Below, piece after piece: positions 13,568 through 23,047 of a stretch of 64,000 bases of DNA. Below the pieces are notes generated by a model that worked only from the letters and a program-made list of their open reading frames with translations, was not told the DNA's origin and did not search any database. This DNA is from Escherichia phage vB_EcoM_SA35RD, in sequence record OL960577.1, one strand, 5' to 3'. The translations under genes were made by a program, and so were the position numbers. The stretch's first letter is position 1; the number at the start of each line of letters is the position of its first letter.

Positions 13568-13597
13568 ATAGTATCACATACCAAATACGTTGTAAAC
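13568..13597 (-). promoter_or_regulatory. early (sigma70-type) promoter for the 89-aa reverse-strand gene
   Basis: Minus strand GTTTAC-18 nt-TACTAT, then leader with GAGGAG SD. Confidence 0.55.
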
Positions 13598-13603
13598 AAT
13601 CTT

Positions 13604-13611
13604 TATAAATA
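13604..13611 (+). promoter_or_regulatory. late promoter motif TATAAATA upstream of gene 24
   Basis: Exact motif 28 nt before the gene 24 ATG. Confidence 0.6.
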
Positions 13612-13638
13612 ATCTATATCACATAAGGAAAAAATGCA

Positions 13639-14922
13639 ATGAGTAAAATCCAAAAATTATTGCGTGAATCTACAACGTCTACTAGCAACTCAATTGGTCG
13701 CCCAAATCTCGTTGCTTTGACTCGCGCTACGACTAAATTAATATATTCTGACATTGTAGCAACACAAAGAACTAATCAACCTGTTGCTGCTTTTTATGGT
13801 ATCAAATATCTTAACCCAGATAACGAATTCACATTTAAAACTGGTGCTACTTATGCAGGCGAAGCTGGATATGTAGACCGAGAAAAAATTACTGAGCTCA
13901 CAGAAGAATCAAAAGTCACACTAAATAAAGGTGATTTTTTCAAATATAATAATATCGTCTATAAAGTGTTAGAAGATACACCATTTGCAGATATTCAAGA
14001 AAGTGATCTAGAATTAGCTCTTCAGATTGCAGTCGTTCATTTAAAGGTACGGTTATTTTCAGATGCAGCGGTAACAAACAAATTTGAAAGCTCTGATAGC
14101 GAAATTTCTGATGCAAGATTCCAGATTAATAAATGGCAAACTTCAGTCAAATCTCGTAAACTTAAAACTGGCCTAACGGTCGAATTAGCGCAAGATTTAG
14201 AAGCGAATGGATTTGATGCCCCTAACTTCTTAGAAGATTTGCTTGCTACTGAAATGGCAGATGAAATTAATAAAGATATTCTTCAGTCTTTAATTACTGT
14301 ATCGAAACGTTATAAAGTTACTGGAATTACTGACACCGGATTTATTGACTTGAGTTATGCATCAGCTCCAGAAGCAGGTCGTTCATTATATCGAATGGTG
14401 TGTGAAATGGTATCACACATTCAAAAAGAAACAACTTATACTGCAACGTTTTGTGTAGCCTCAGCCCGTGCAGCTGCTATTCTTGCTGCTTCTGGTTGGT
14501 TAAAACATAAGCCAGAAGATGACAAGTATCTTTCACAAAATGCTTATGGATTCTTGGCAAATGGATTACCTCTTTACTGCGATACCAACAGCCCGTTAGA
14601 TTATGTTATTGTGGGTGTTGTAGAAAATCTCGGCGAAAAAGAAATTGTAGGGTCCATCTTTTATGCTCCATACACTGAAGGAATAGATTTAGATGACCCG
14701 GAACATGTCGGTGCATTTAAAGTTGTAGTTGATCCAGAAAGCTTGCAACCGTCTATCGGATTATTGGTTAGATATGCGTTATCAGCAAATCCTTACACAG
14801 TAGCAAAAGATGAAAAAGAAGCGAGAATAATTGATGGCGGGGACATGGATAAAATGGCAGGACGTTCAGACTTGTCTGTTTTATTAGGTGTTAAACTACC
14901 AAAAATTATCATCGATGAATAA
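13639..14922 (+). CDS. 24: head vertex protein gp24
   Basis: 427 aa (T4 gp24 size); TATAAATA 28 nt upstream. Confidence 0.9.
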   Translation: MSKIQKLLRESTTSTSNSIGRPNLVALTRATTKLIYSDIVATQRTNQPVAAFYGIKYLNPDNEFTFKTGATYAGEAGYVDREKITELTEESKVTLNKGDFFKYNNIVYKVLEDTPFADIQESDLELALQIAVVHLKVRLFSDAAVTNKFESSDSEISDARFQINKWQTSVKSRKLKTGLTVELAQDLEANGFDAPNFLEDLLATEMADEINKDILQSLITVSKRYKVTGITDTGFIDLSYASAPEAGRSLYRMVCEMVSHIQKETTYTATFCVASARAAAILAASGWLKHKPEDDKYLSQNAYGFLANGLPLYCDTNSPLDYVIVGVVENLGEKEIVGSIFYAPYTEGIDLDDPEHVGAFKVVVDPESLQPSIGLLVRYALSANPYTVAKDEKEARIIDGGDMDKMAGRSDLSVLLGVKLPKIIIDE

Positions 14923-14926
14923 AACA

Positions 14927-14952
14927 AAAGGGACCTTACGGTCCCTTTTTTT
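14927..14952. terminator. bidirectional terminator between gene 24 and rnlB
   Basis: AAAGGGACC-TTAC-GGTCCCTTTTTTT: A-tract upstream and T-tract downstream, serving both convergent genes. Confidence 0.7.
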
Positions 14953-14954
14953 CG

Positions 14955-15953
14955 TTATGATACTAATTCAATCCATGCAGGACGCAGAACATCTTGCACC
15001 ATTCGGACTAATTCTTTCTTAACAAGATTCGGATTATCAGATGATGTTAATACAATACCTTCACGAGAAGTTTCTTCCAGAATATCTTGAACAGTCAATC
15101 CCATCACTTTGCCAAAATCTTTTGGCGTTACAGTCCCAATCTTAGAAATCACATTATTAATACGATTTAATGTAACATAACAAGCTAGAACATCAAGCAA
15201 GTTTTTGTCAGTTTCGGTTAATGGAACCTGAGTTTTAATAGGCTTATCAGACTTTTTCTTTTCACTGAATTTAGAGTTCTTGCACTTAATAGCTACACGA
15301 GTACCGTTTGGCAGCCATTTAGGGAAACAGGGCTTCAGAACATAACCTTCTGCCGTATTATCACCAATAACATTAGCATCAAATACACAATTATTTGCTT
15401 CGACAAGGTCTTCTGACGCAGTAGCATTATAAGCGGCTAAGACGGAATCAAGGTCATTTGGAATCATGATAAGAGAATCAAATGTTCCACGACCAAGCAT
15501 TGGTGCCATTTTAAAACCGAATTCATTACAGAAATCTTGCATTTCATAATCGGTCAAATACGTATTATCACCACTTTCTGTATTGATAAGGATATCGAAC
15601 ACATAAAAATCTTTTTCACCGTAGTCAACACCTTTCTGGATTCCACCACCGGCGAATTCACCGAATACTTGATATGATACAGCTCGAGCTGTGTACATGA
15701 ATTCCTGAACGGCTTTAATAGCTTTATCATACTTCTTGAGTACGATTTCATAACCATAAAAATCTTCTGCTGGAAGAATAGGGCCTGTGCGCTTGGCGCA
15801 TGTGACGTTGTCACGTTCAATTATTAACGAGAAGTTGGTCCCATGGATTTTCTCACGTGCTACCCAAACACCGGTAGTCAAACCATTAGTGTAGAGTTTT
15901 TCAATAAACTTAGAGTTGTAGTGGTTTTCAAGACTGCTGTATTTCTTAAACAT
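14955..15953 (-). CDS. rnlB: RNA ligase 2
   Basis: 332 aa; nucleotidyltransferase motif KIHGTNFS near N-terminus; position after gene 24 as T4 rnlB. Confidence 0.9.
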   Translation of the reverse strand: MFKKYSSLENHYNSKFIEKLYTNGLTTGVWVAREKIHGTNFSLIIERDNVTCAKRTGPILPAEDFYGYEIVLKKYDKAIKAVQEFMYTARAVSYQVFGEFAGGGIQKGVDYGEKDFYVFDILINTESGDNTYLTDYEMQDFCNEFGFKMAPMLGRGTFDSLIMIPNDLDSVLAAYNATASEDLVEANNCVFDANVIGDNTAEGYVLKPCFPKWLPNGTRVAIKCKNSKFSEKKKSDKPIKTQVPLTETDKNLLDVLACYVTLNRINNVISKIGTVTPKDFGKVMGLTVQDILEETSREGIVLTSSDNPNLVKKELVRMVQDVLRPAWIELVS

Positions 15954-16044
15954 AAATCACCATTATAAATAATAATATCAAAATAATTAGCAGAGACTCT
16001 GTCTCCGACCAGATGTTTAATTTGAATGGATAGAACCTAGATTC

Positions 16045-16070
16045 ATTATACCATCAAAAAATGTAAAGCA
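16045..16070 (-). promoter_or_regulatory. candidate MotA-dependent middle promoter upstream of rnlB
   Basis: Minus strand ATGCTTTAC (MotA-box-like TGCTTTA), then 13 nt, then TATAAT. Confidence 0.45.
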
Positions 16071-16072
16071 TA

Positions 16073-16324
16073 TTAGAACTTGATTTCTATCCAATGACCA
16101 TCACGCTGGTCGTGATTAATTTTATACTGAAAGCCATTATCACGTAACCACTGCCCGACTTGCTCAGTGATAGTTAAATCGTTCTTTGACGGGTAGTACG
16201 TGAATTGTGTCTGGCCTTTATCAGCGGCTTTCTCTGCCATCACAGAGAAGTTAGTAATAAAATCACTCAACAAATTAGCTTTAGTGGCCAGTGCCCTTTC
16301 TCTTAATTCCTGTGCAAAACTCAT
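16073..16324 (-). CDS. hypothetical protein (T4 24.2 position)
   Basis: 83 aa ORF, ATG start, ATGA overlap with upstream ORF; synteny only. Confidence 0.55.
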   Translation of the reverse strand: MSFAQELRERALATKANLLSDFITNFSVMAEKAADKGQTQFTYYPSKNDLTITEQVGQWLRDNGFQYKINHDQRDGHWIEIKF

Positions 16325-16515
16325 TTCTTCACCTTTTTGTTAATCAAACGTTTACGGTATACAACTTTTTCTTTTGCTTTAAACTTTGACCGAGCTGTCT
16401 CGGCTTTAGTCCATAGTAATCCAACTTCTTTAGGTTGTAAACCAATTTTTTGAGCAATTTCTACGAATGAAAATCCCGCCTCATGTAATGTATAAACTTC
16501 AACTTCAGCTCTCAT
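16321..16515 (-). CDS. hypothetical small basic protein (T4 24.3 position)
   Basis: Start moved to the ATG at 16515 (track ORF begins at a TTG at 16521); basic C-terminus. Confidence 0.5.
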   Translation of the reverse strand: MRAEVEVYTLHEAGFSFVEIAQKIGLQPKEVGLLWTKAETARSKFKAKEKVVYRKRLINKKVKK

Positions 16516-16583
16516 AATCAATCCAGTATTATTTGGTTTGTGCCATTATATACATCAATCTCAAGATGTGTTTTGTATGCTTT

Positions 16584-16610
16584 AAAAACGAAGAAAGGGG
16601 CCGAAGCCCC
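16584..16610 (-). terminator. terminator after hoc (minus strand)
   Basis: GGGGC-CGAA-GCCCC; on the minus strand followed by TTTCTTCGTTTTT. Confidence 0.6.
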
Positions 16611-16616
16611 TTACGA

Positions 16617-17747
16617 TTATGGATATGTATAGATGATACCAGTTTCCAAAGCAGTTTTATGGATGATGTATCCATTACGTGATTCTTGAACATCAACTTC
16701 CGGATAGTCTTTCATCATCTTCTGAAGAGTGTAACGATGCAGGTAGTATTTACTATCTGGATCTTCAGTTTTCCAATCTTTACCTTCTTCAGTCATTTTT
16801 TGGATTTCATCCATAACCCACCATCCGCACCAGATGTAAGCTGAAGTACGATGTGGAAGAGGATGAACATAAGGTAGTTCACCTTCTGGTTCTGGAGCAA
16901 CTTTATCAGTTACCTGAACTTGACCTTCTGCTGTAATAGTTTTTCTATCGTAATCAGTTGCAGTAATAGTTGCAGTAACTTCAATAGTTTGACTTCCAAT
17001 AGACGAGGTATCAACGGTATATACATTAGTTGACCCTTCTACAGGAGAAGAATCTTTCTTCCATGAATAAGTAATTTGTGCTTCTGGTGGTGCATCAGTG
17101 ACATTAGCAGTAAATGTGGCTGAAGCGTCTTGCTGAACATTAATAGAAGGAGGGGTCAACGTAACCTGTGGATTCATTGTCTTCTTATTAACCGTTAATG
17201 ATACTTCATTCGAAGTAACTTCCTTTGCATCATAATCTGTCGCAGTTACTTGGGCTACACATTTAATTCTTTTTACTCCATTTGTAGTTGGAGTATAATT
17301 AAATGTAGAGTTAGTTTCTCCACTAACTTGAGAACCGTCAACATACCATTGGTACGTAGCAGATGCACCTGATGGCTTCGAAGCCAAAGCAGCGGTAAAT
17401 TTAACAGCTGTTCCAATTACTCCTGCTGGAGGACTATTGGGAGTTACAGCTAAGGTAGTCGTTTGTGTCTTGTTTTGAACTGTGATGGTTGTAGAAGCTT
17501 CTGCTGTTTCAGCTTCAGCTTCTGGAACTGTATTTGTTGCAACTACTTTAATAGTCTTTTGACCGGCAGGTCCTTTTAGTACATAACTAAAAGTTGCTTC
17601 AGCTCCATCTTGCGGAACATCATCTACAGTCCAAGCATATGTAATAGTTCCACCTCCAGTTTCACCACTGGGAGTAGCAGTAAACTGCTTAGTCTCATCT
17701 ATAACTCCAGTAGGTGTTTTAGGAGTTATATCAACTGTAAAAGCCAT
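16617..17747 (-). CDS. hoc: highly immunogenic outer capsid protein Hoc
   Basis: 376 aa, Thr/Val-rich repeated Ig-like segments plus C-terminal Trp-rich domain; T4 Hoc size. Confidence 0.85.
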   Translation of the reverse strand: MAFTVDITPKTPTGVIDETKQFTATPSGETGGGTITYAWTVDDVPQDGAEATFSYVLKGPAGQKTIKVVATNTVPEAEAETAEASTTITVQNKTQTTTLAVTPNSPPAGVIGTAVKFTAALASKPSGASATYQWYVDGSQVSGETNSTFNYTPTTNGVKRIKCVAQVTATDYDAKEVTSNEVSLTVNKKTMNPQVTLTPPSINVQQDASATFTANVTDAPPEAQITYSWKKDSSPVEGSTNVYTVDTSSIGSQTIEVTATITATDYDRKTITAEGQVQVTDKVAPEPEGELPYVHPLPHRTSAYIWCGWWVMDEIQKMTEEGKDWKTEDPDSKYYLHRYTLQKMMKDYPEVDVQESRNGYIIHKTALETGIIYTYP

Positions 17748-17756
17748 AAGTTATCC

Positions 17757-18425
17757 TTATTTTAATGTTACGAAAGAAGAATTACGAGTTTCACGAATTA
17801 GAACTGATCCATCGCGATTAATATAATAAATTAAGCTAAATAATGTTTGGTGAGCAGAAGCGTGCACAAAACTGGTTGGACGAGATTTCCAATCTGGGGT
17901 TTCGGCTATCCATTGATAAATCCACCAAGGAACAGTAACATATCCTGGGGCTTTGCCTAATTTAATGAGTGTAGGACTAAAATTTTCAGGCAGAACAAAA
18001 TTTACTTCTTTATTTACTTCTGGCTCAGGCTCTTTTTCAGATTCAACAACCTGAGTAATTGCTTCTTCGAATTTATCATGGTCGAATTCTTTTTCTTGTT
18101 CGACAACTTCTAATACTTCAACTTGTTCTGTTGGAGAATCAAACAACAGAATAGCTTCTTCTTTAACTTCTTCGTTGGTGAAATTAACACCGTCCACATC
18201 ATCTGCGGCAGTAATTAAATCGGTGATAGATAATCCATCAGTTTCAGGTAATGGTTCATCAGCCAGTGCGTTAAGAGCTTCTTCGATATCAATAACAATA
18301 TTATCGAATGATTTTGTTTTCTTAACACTAATGCCAAATTGTTCCGCATATTCAAACAGTTTAGCTTTGGCTTCCTTTTTATCAGAAAGAGCACGTAACT
18401 CTTCAATATAGTCTTTATCGATCAT
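17757..18425 (-). CDS. inh: Inh, inhibitor of prohead protease
   Basis: 222 aa acidic protein at the T4 inh position between hoc and uvsW. Confidence 0.7.
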   Translation of the reverse strand: MIDKDYIEELRALSDKKEAKAKLFEYAEQFGISVKKTKSFDNIVIDIEEALNALADEPLPETDGLSITDLITAADDVDGVNFTNEEVKEEAILLFDSPTEQVEVLEVVEQEKEFDHDKFEEAITQVVESEKEPEPEVNKEVNFVLPENFSPTLIKLGKAPGYVTVPWWIYQWIAETPDWKSRPTSFVHASAHQTLFSLIYYINRDGSVLIRETRNSSFVTLK

Positions 18426-18438
18426 GATATTTCCTCAT

Positions 18439-18446
18439 TATAAATA
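18439..18446 (+). promoter_or_regulatory. late promoter motif TATAAATA upstream of uvsW
   Basis: Exact motif 30 nt before the uvsW ATG. Confidence 0.55.
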
Positions 18447-18475
18447 TAGTTATATTTATTACATGGTAATTTGAC

Positions 18476-19990
18476 ATGACTGACATTAAAGTACATTTTT
18501 ATGATTTTAGTCACGTGCGCATTGAATGCGACGAAAGTACGTTTTACGAACTTCGTGACTTTTTTAGCTTTGAAGCTGACGGGTATAAATTTAACCCAAA
18601 ATATCGCTATGGGAACTGGGATGGTAGAATTCGTCTTTTAGATTACAACCGTTTGTTACCATATGGACTTGTAGGACAAATAAAAAAGTTCTGTAACAAT
18701 ATGAGTTATTCTGTATGGATTGACCCTAAAATCTTTGAGACTGAAGACCTTACCAGGGAAGATTTTGACTCATGGCTTTCTAAACAAGAAATTTATTCAG
18801 GCAACGCCAAAATCGAACCACATTGGTATCAAAAAGATGCAGTATACGAAGGACTAGTTAATCGTCGTCGAATTTTAAACCTTCCGACATCAGCAGGTAA
18901 ATCACTAATCCAAGCACTTTTAGCTCGGTATTATCTAGAGAACTATGAAGGTAAAATTCTCATTATCGTCCCTACAACAGCATTGACAACCCAGATGGCT
19001 AATGATTTTGTTGATTATCGCTTGTTTAGTCATTCGATGATTAAGAAAATTGGCGGTGGTGCTGATAAAGCGGACAAATCTAAAAACGACGCTCCAATTA
19101 TTGTTGGCACCTGGCAAACGGTAGTTAAGCAGCCTAAAGAATGGTTCTCTCAGTTCGGTATGATGATGAACGATGAATGCCACTTAGCAACAGGCAAAAG
19201 TATTTCTTCAATCATCTCAGGATTAAATAATTGCATGTTTAAATTCGGTTTATCCGGCTCATTAAGAGACGGAAAAGCCAATGTAATGCAGTACGTAGGT
19301 ATGTTCGGCGAAATCTTCCGTCCTGTTAGCACGTCTAAATTAATGGAAGACGGACAGGTAACTGAGCTTAAGATTAATAGTATTTTCCTTCGTTATCCGG
19401 ACGAATTCACTGTTAAATTAAAAGGTAAAACATACCAAGAAGAAGTTAAAATTATTACCGGACTAAAACGTCGTACAAAGTGGATTGCTCAACTTTCAGT
19501 CAAATTGGCTAAGAAAGACGAGAACGCCTTTGTAATGTTTAAACACGTTACACACGGTAAAGAAATATTTGAAGCTATTAAAGAGCTTGGATACGAAAAA
19601 GTTTATTACGTATCAGGTGAAGTTGATACTGAAACACGTAATGCGCTTAAAGTCATGGCAGAAAATGGTAAAGGCATTATTATTGTCGCATCATATGGAG
19701 TATTCTCTACTGGTATTTCAGTCAAGAATCTTCATCATGTTATTTTTGCCCATGGTGTTAAATCAAAAATTATCGTACTTCAAACCGTAGGTCGTGTGCT
19801 TCGTAAGCACGGTTCTAAAGCTGTTGCTACAGTTTGGGATCTCATAGATGACGCAGGTGTAAAACCTAAATCATTAAATACTAAAAAGAAGTATACTCAT
19901 CTTAATTACTTGTTAAAACACGGTATTGATCGTATCCAACGTTACGCTGATGAGAAATTTAACTATGTAATGAAAACAATTAATTTATAA
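18476..19990 (+). CDS. uvsW: UvsW RNA-DNA / DNA helicase
   Basis: 504 aa; helicase motifs (GKS Walker A, DECH box); late promoter motif upstream. Confidence 0.9.
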   Translation: MTDIKVHFYDFSHVRIECDESTFYELRDFFSFEADGYKFNPKYRYGNWDGRIRLLDYNRLLPYGLVGQIKKFCNNMSYSVWIDPKIFETEDLTREDFDSWLSKQEIYSGNAKIEPHWYQKDAVYEGLVNRRRILNLPTSAGKSLIQALLARYYLENYEGKILIIVPTTALTTQMANDFVDYRLFSHSMIKKIGGGADKADKSKNDAPIIVGTWQTVVKQPKEWFSQFGMMMNDECHLATGKSISSIISGLNNCMFKFGLSGSLRDGKANVMQYVGMFGEIFRPVSTSKLMEDGQVTELKINSIFLRYPDEFTVKLKGKTYQEEVKIITGLKRRTKWIAQLSVKLAKKDENAFVMFKHVTHGKEIFEAIKELGYEKVYYVSGEVDTETRNALKVMAENGKGIIIVASYGVFSTGISVKNLHHVIFAHGVKSKIIVLQTVGRVLRKHGSKAVATVWDLIDDAGVKPKSLNTKKKYTHLNYLLKHGIDRIQRYADEKFNYVMKTINL

Positions 19991-20004
19991 GGGCTTCGGC
20001 CCTT
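19989..20004 (+). terminator. stem-loop between uvsW and uvsW.1
   Basis: AGGGC-TTCG-GCCCT hairpin; no T-tract. Confidence 0.4.
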
Positions 20005-20015
20005 AGGAGATAAAA

Positions 20016-20246
20016 ATGGTACTTGAATTTAAACAATTTTTATACGAAGCATCTATTGACGAATTCATGGGTAAAATTGCTAGTTGTCATACCTTAGAAG
20101 GGCTTGAAGAATTGGAAGCTTATTATAAGAAACGTATAAAAGAAACGGAATTAAAAGATACAGATGATATTTCTGTCAGGGATGCCTTAGCAGGTAAGCG
20201 TGCCGAACTTGAAGGCGATGATGAGGATGTGGAAGAAGACTTCTAA
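20016..20246 (+). CDS. uvsW.1: UvsW.1 small acidic protein
   Basis: 76 aa ORF with AGGAG SD directly after uvsW, as in T4. Confidence 0.7.
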   Translation: MVLEFKQFLYEASIDEFMGKIASCHTLEGLEELEAYYKKRIKETELKDTDDISVRDALAGKRAELEGDDEDVEEDF

Positions 20247-20248
20247 TT

Positions 20249-20278
20249 AAAAAAAGGCCCGACCTTTTTGGAAGGGCC
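20249..20278 (-). terminator. terminator at the end of the minus-strand uvsY cluster
   Basis: GGCCC...GGGCC stem; on the minus strand followed by TTTTTTT. Confidence 0.55.
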
Positions 20279-20304
20279 AAAAACCATAGGCAAAAAAGGT
20301 AACA

Positions 20305-20472
20305 CTATAGTAAAAGTTGGGTTTCGTTCAATTGCTCTTCTGAACTTTCTGAAACCGGCAATTGTTGGACATAATTATAACAAGGACCAGGATGTGCTGG
20401 ACCTTTGTCTGTTTCAACAACCAATGCAGAATCGATTGGAGTTTTACAGACAACACAAATCTTATCTGACAT
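20305..20472 (-). CDS. small Cys-motif protein, 55 aa (T4 uvsY.-2 position)
   Basis: Not in the ORF track (<60 aa). ATG at 20472 with AGGAGG SD; translation MSDKICVVCKTPIDSALVVETDKGPAHPGPCYNYV...; minus-strand TATAAATA 30 nt upstream; strong terminator downstream. Confidence 0.45.
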   Translation of the reverse strand: MSDKICVVCKTPIDSALVVETDKGPAHPGPCYNYVQQLPVSESSEEQLNETQLLL

Positions 20473-20501
20473 GATTGCCTCCTAAGTTGAAATTACATAT
20501 C

Positions 20502-20509
20502 TATTTATA
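20502..20509 (-). promoter_or_regulatory. late promoter motif (minus strand) upstream of the 55-aa ORF
   Basis: Plus-strand TATTTATA is TATAAATA on the minus strand, 30 nt before the ATG at 20472. Confidence 0.45.
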
Positions 20510-20729
20510 CCACTCGCATGCACATATCGATACCCATATCTTTTGTATAAAAATACTCGTCGATGTACCCGGCAAACTTCCCTTTAATATAAAGGACGTC
20601 TTCGCCACAAGGATGGTCTGCCAGGATACGAATATCCTGACGTCGTAGACGATACTTTTCCATTAAGAATTTAATTTCTGTTTCAAATTCTTCATCATTA
20701 TTAAAGGCATCTTCAATTGAATAACGCAT
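20505..20729 (-). CDS. hypothetical protein (T4 uvsY.-1 position)
   Basis: 74 aa ORF immediately downstream of uvsY with stop/start overlap. Confidence 0.55.
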   Translation of the reverse strand: MRYSIEDAFNNDEEFETEIKFLMEKYRLRRQDIRILADHPCGEDVLYIKGKFAGYIDEYFYTKDMGIDMCMRVV

Positions 20730-21142
20730 TATTGCCCCGCTTCAAATTCTCGCATATCCTGGATATGTTTAAGTGCAAAACTACGAGACTTAACTGCATC
20801 AAGTGCACCACTACAGAACTCAAGTAAAATTCCCCAGTATTGTAAAGTAGTCTCTATTTTAAGCACATCTTTATCAGCAGCCAGGACAGTTTTCATTTCA
20901 GATTTCTCGTATCGGTCCATACTGAATTCATCACCGTCACCTCGTCCCGAGTAGTAGTCTAATCTCGCTTTTAGAGCAGTTTTCTTCTGAGTCTCTATAC
21001 GCAACATTTCTTTACGAATAAATGAGTGCTTACGTAGCCATTTGCTGTATAACTTAACATTATTCGCTGTCTCATATTGCAACTTTGTCGTATCAATAGC
21101 TAAGTCTGTGTCTAACTCTTCCTGTAAATCTTCCAGCTTCAT
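20729..21142 (-). CDS. uvsY: UvsY recombination mediator
   Basis: Start set at internal ATG 21142 (MKLEDLQEEL...), giving 137 aa as in T4 UvsY; track ORF extends to 21223. Confidence 0.9.
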   Translation of the reverse strand: MKLEDLQEELDTDLAIDTTKLQYETANNVKLYSKWLRKHSFIRKEMLRIETQKKTALKARLDYYSGRGDGDEFSMDRYEKSEMKTVLAADKDVLKIETTLQYWGILLEFCSGALDAVKSRSFALKHIQDMREFEAGQ

Positions 21143-21222
21143 AATATTCTCTCTTTTAACTAATAATCTCCCGGCTGTATCGGAAGGACCTAAAACCATT
21201 ATACATAGGTTGCCTTGAAGCA

Positions 21223-21621
21223 TTACACTCTATTGCTTGACGCTAACTGAAGTTTGATTTGTTCGATATCATCAGGGTTATCTACGACCGAAAATCTAAT
21301 CTCTACTATAACTGTATAGTCATCATATACTGGCGTTACACTTACAGAAAGTTTGTCGATGCGCGGCTCATAGTTACGGACGGCTGCCTGGATATTACGC
21401 TCAATCGTATCGGCTGTAAGTGGTGTCATGTTCTCGAAAAGTTCATCAACCAAATCGCATCCAAATTCAGGGTCGAAGGGGCGTGAGCCTTTTCTAGTTG
21501 TCACTATGCCAAGAAGACTATTTTTAATAGAACGAAGTCCTACAGAACGAGCAACGTCCTTGTTCCAATCCATACGCATTTCTGGGTCGATATCTGAATA
21601 AAGTTTATTGATATTAGACAT
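21223..21621 (-). CDS. 25: baseplate wedge protein gp25
   Basis: 132 aa; MSNINKLYSDIDPEMRMDWNKDV... near-identical to recalled T4 gp25. Confidence 0.9.
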   Translation of the reverse strand: MSNINKLYSDIDPEMRMDWNKDVARSVGLRSIKNSLLGIVTTRKGSRPFDPEFGCDLVDELFENMTPLTADTIERNIQAAVRNYEPRIDKLSVSVTPVYDDYTVIVEIRFSVVDNPDDIEQIKLQLASSNRV

Positions 21622-22247
21622 TATAGTAACTCAAAGAATTCTTTGAGGCCTCGTATTGTGTGAACGTGTGACGCCCCACATTTGGGACATTTAATAGGGG
21701 TTGCCAGATAAATTGATGGCGATACCAAAAGATTTTTAATATTGATCATGTCATCTTCTGTTATAAGGCCGTAAAGGTCGTTTATTTCTGCTTCAGTTAA
21801 ATCTTCAACAGGGATGGACTCTCCATTGACAAAAACAGCCTCAATACATGAAGCAATCATTAATGCGATATTTTTATCGTCAAATAATTTAGGTTGACGG
21901 AACTTAATTTTAATACCACTGAACGAATACCAGGGATCGGCCTGTTCATCTAATTGAGTGTGCAATAAATTCATATAGACTTGAAATGAATGCCCACAGG
22001 AACAATTCCAGGTGTGTTCTTGATTCACTTCACCTAATGAATGTGCCCACAGATTTACCAACAATAACTCGGCTTCTTGTTTAGACAAGTTTTTAGCGTT
22101 AGAGCAATTAGTGATAATATTGTTCACTGCTGATTCAATAGTACCGGTAGCCCGCGCACCTATGAGTCCTAAATATTCTTTTAAAGTAAAGGCTCTACAA
22201 TTCACTTCTTTATCGCCTAAACGTACGGTAAACGTATATTTGTACAT
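21621..22247 (-). CDS. 26: baseplate hub protein gp26
   Basis: 208 aa, T4 gp26 size and position; divergent from gene 51. Confidence 0.85.
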   Translation of the reverse strand: MYKYTFTVRLGDKEVNCRAFTLKEYLGLIGARATGTIESAVNNIITNCSNAKNLSKQEAELLLVNLWAHSLGEVNQEHTWNCSCGHSFQVYMNLLHTQLDEQADPWYSFSGIKIKFRQPKLFDDKNIALMIASCIEAVFVNGESIPVEDLTEAEINDLYGLITEDDMINIKNLLVSPSIYLATPIKCPKCGASHVHTIRGLKEFFELL

Positions 22248-22265
22248 GTTAACTCCTTTATTGTG

Positions 22266-22277
22266 TATTTATAAATA
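22266..22277. promoter_or_regulatory. divergent late promoters for genes 26 (minus) and 51 (plus)
   Basis: TATTTATAAATA contains TATAAATA on both strands between the two divergent start codons. Confidence 0.55.
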
Positions 22278-22294
22278 ATAGAAAAGGAGTAATT

Positions 22295-23047
22295 ATGGCT
22301 AATATAATTCGTTGTAAATTACCGGATGGTGTTCATCGTTTTAAGCCGTTCACTGTGGCGGATTATAGAGACTTTTTACTAGTTAGAAATGATATCGAAC
22401 ATCGTTCGCCGCAAGAACAAAAAGAAATAATTGCCGATCTGATTGATGATTATTTTGGCGAGTACCCTAAAACATGGCAACCATTTATATTCCTGCAAGT
22501 TTTTGCAGGCTCTATAGGCAAAACAAAAGTTCCTGTTATTTTCACTTGCCCTAAATGCTCTAAAGAAAAAACTGCACCATTTGAGATATATCAAAAAGAA
22601 CTAGTCGAACCTGAACTTGATGTTGCTGGTATAAAAATACGTTTTTCTTTCCCTGAAAAGTTTTATGACAACAAGGCATTAATGATAAGTGAAAACATAA
22701 AAGAAATATACTATAATGATGAATGGTACCCATGGAATGATTTGACTGAAGAGAACCAAATCCAAGTAATAGAAGCAATAGACATTGACTCGCTCGAGAA
22801 GGTTATTGCTTCTATGAATCCTATTAATTTGACCCTTAGATTAGGTTGTTGTGAACGACATGTTAAAACATATACTGATATCTTAGAGGTTTTTAAATTG
22901 TTAGTTAACCCTGATGAGATTTTTACATTCTATCAGATAAACCATTCACTGGTAAAGAGTCAATACACATTGGATTCTATTATGCAAATGATTCCTGTTG
23001 AACGTGGTATTGCTTTAACATTAGTAGAAAAGGACCATAAAAAATGA
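22295..23047 (+). CDS. 51: baseplate hub assembly catalyst gp51
   Basis: 250 aa at the T4 gene 51 position; CxxC motifs. Confidence 0.85.
   Translation: MANIIRCKLPDGVHRFKPFTVADYRDFLLVRNDIEHRSPQEQKEIIADLIDDYFGEYPKTWQPFIFLQVFAGSIGKTKVPVIFTCPKCSKEKTAPFEIYQKELVEPELDVAGIKIRFSFPEKFYDNKALMISENIKEIYYNDEWYPWNDLTEENQIQVIEAIDIDSLEKVIASMNPINLTLRLGCCERHVKTYTDILEVFKLLVNPDEIFTFYQINHSLVKSQYTLDSIMQMIPVERGIALTLVEKDHKK

Noticed and set aside
15964-15971. Exact TATAAATA on the plus strand just upstream of the rnlB start
   Set aside because: No plus-strand gene lies downstream for about 2.5 kb (it would read antisense through 24.2-inh). In a genome this AT-rich the 8-mer is expected several times by chance; not called as a promoter.
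20268-20474. Plus-strand 68-aa ORF in the track
   Set aside because: Runs antisense across the minus-strand 55-aa ORF and the terminator hairpin; no SD; the minus-strand ORF has SD, promoter motif and terminator.
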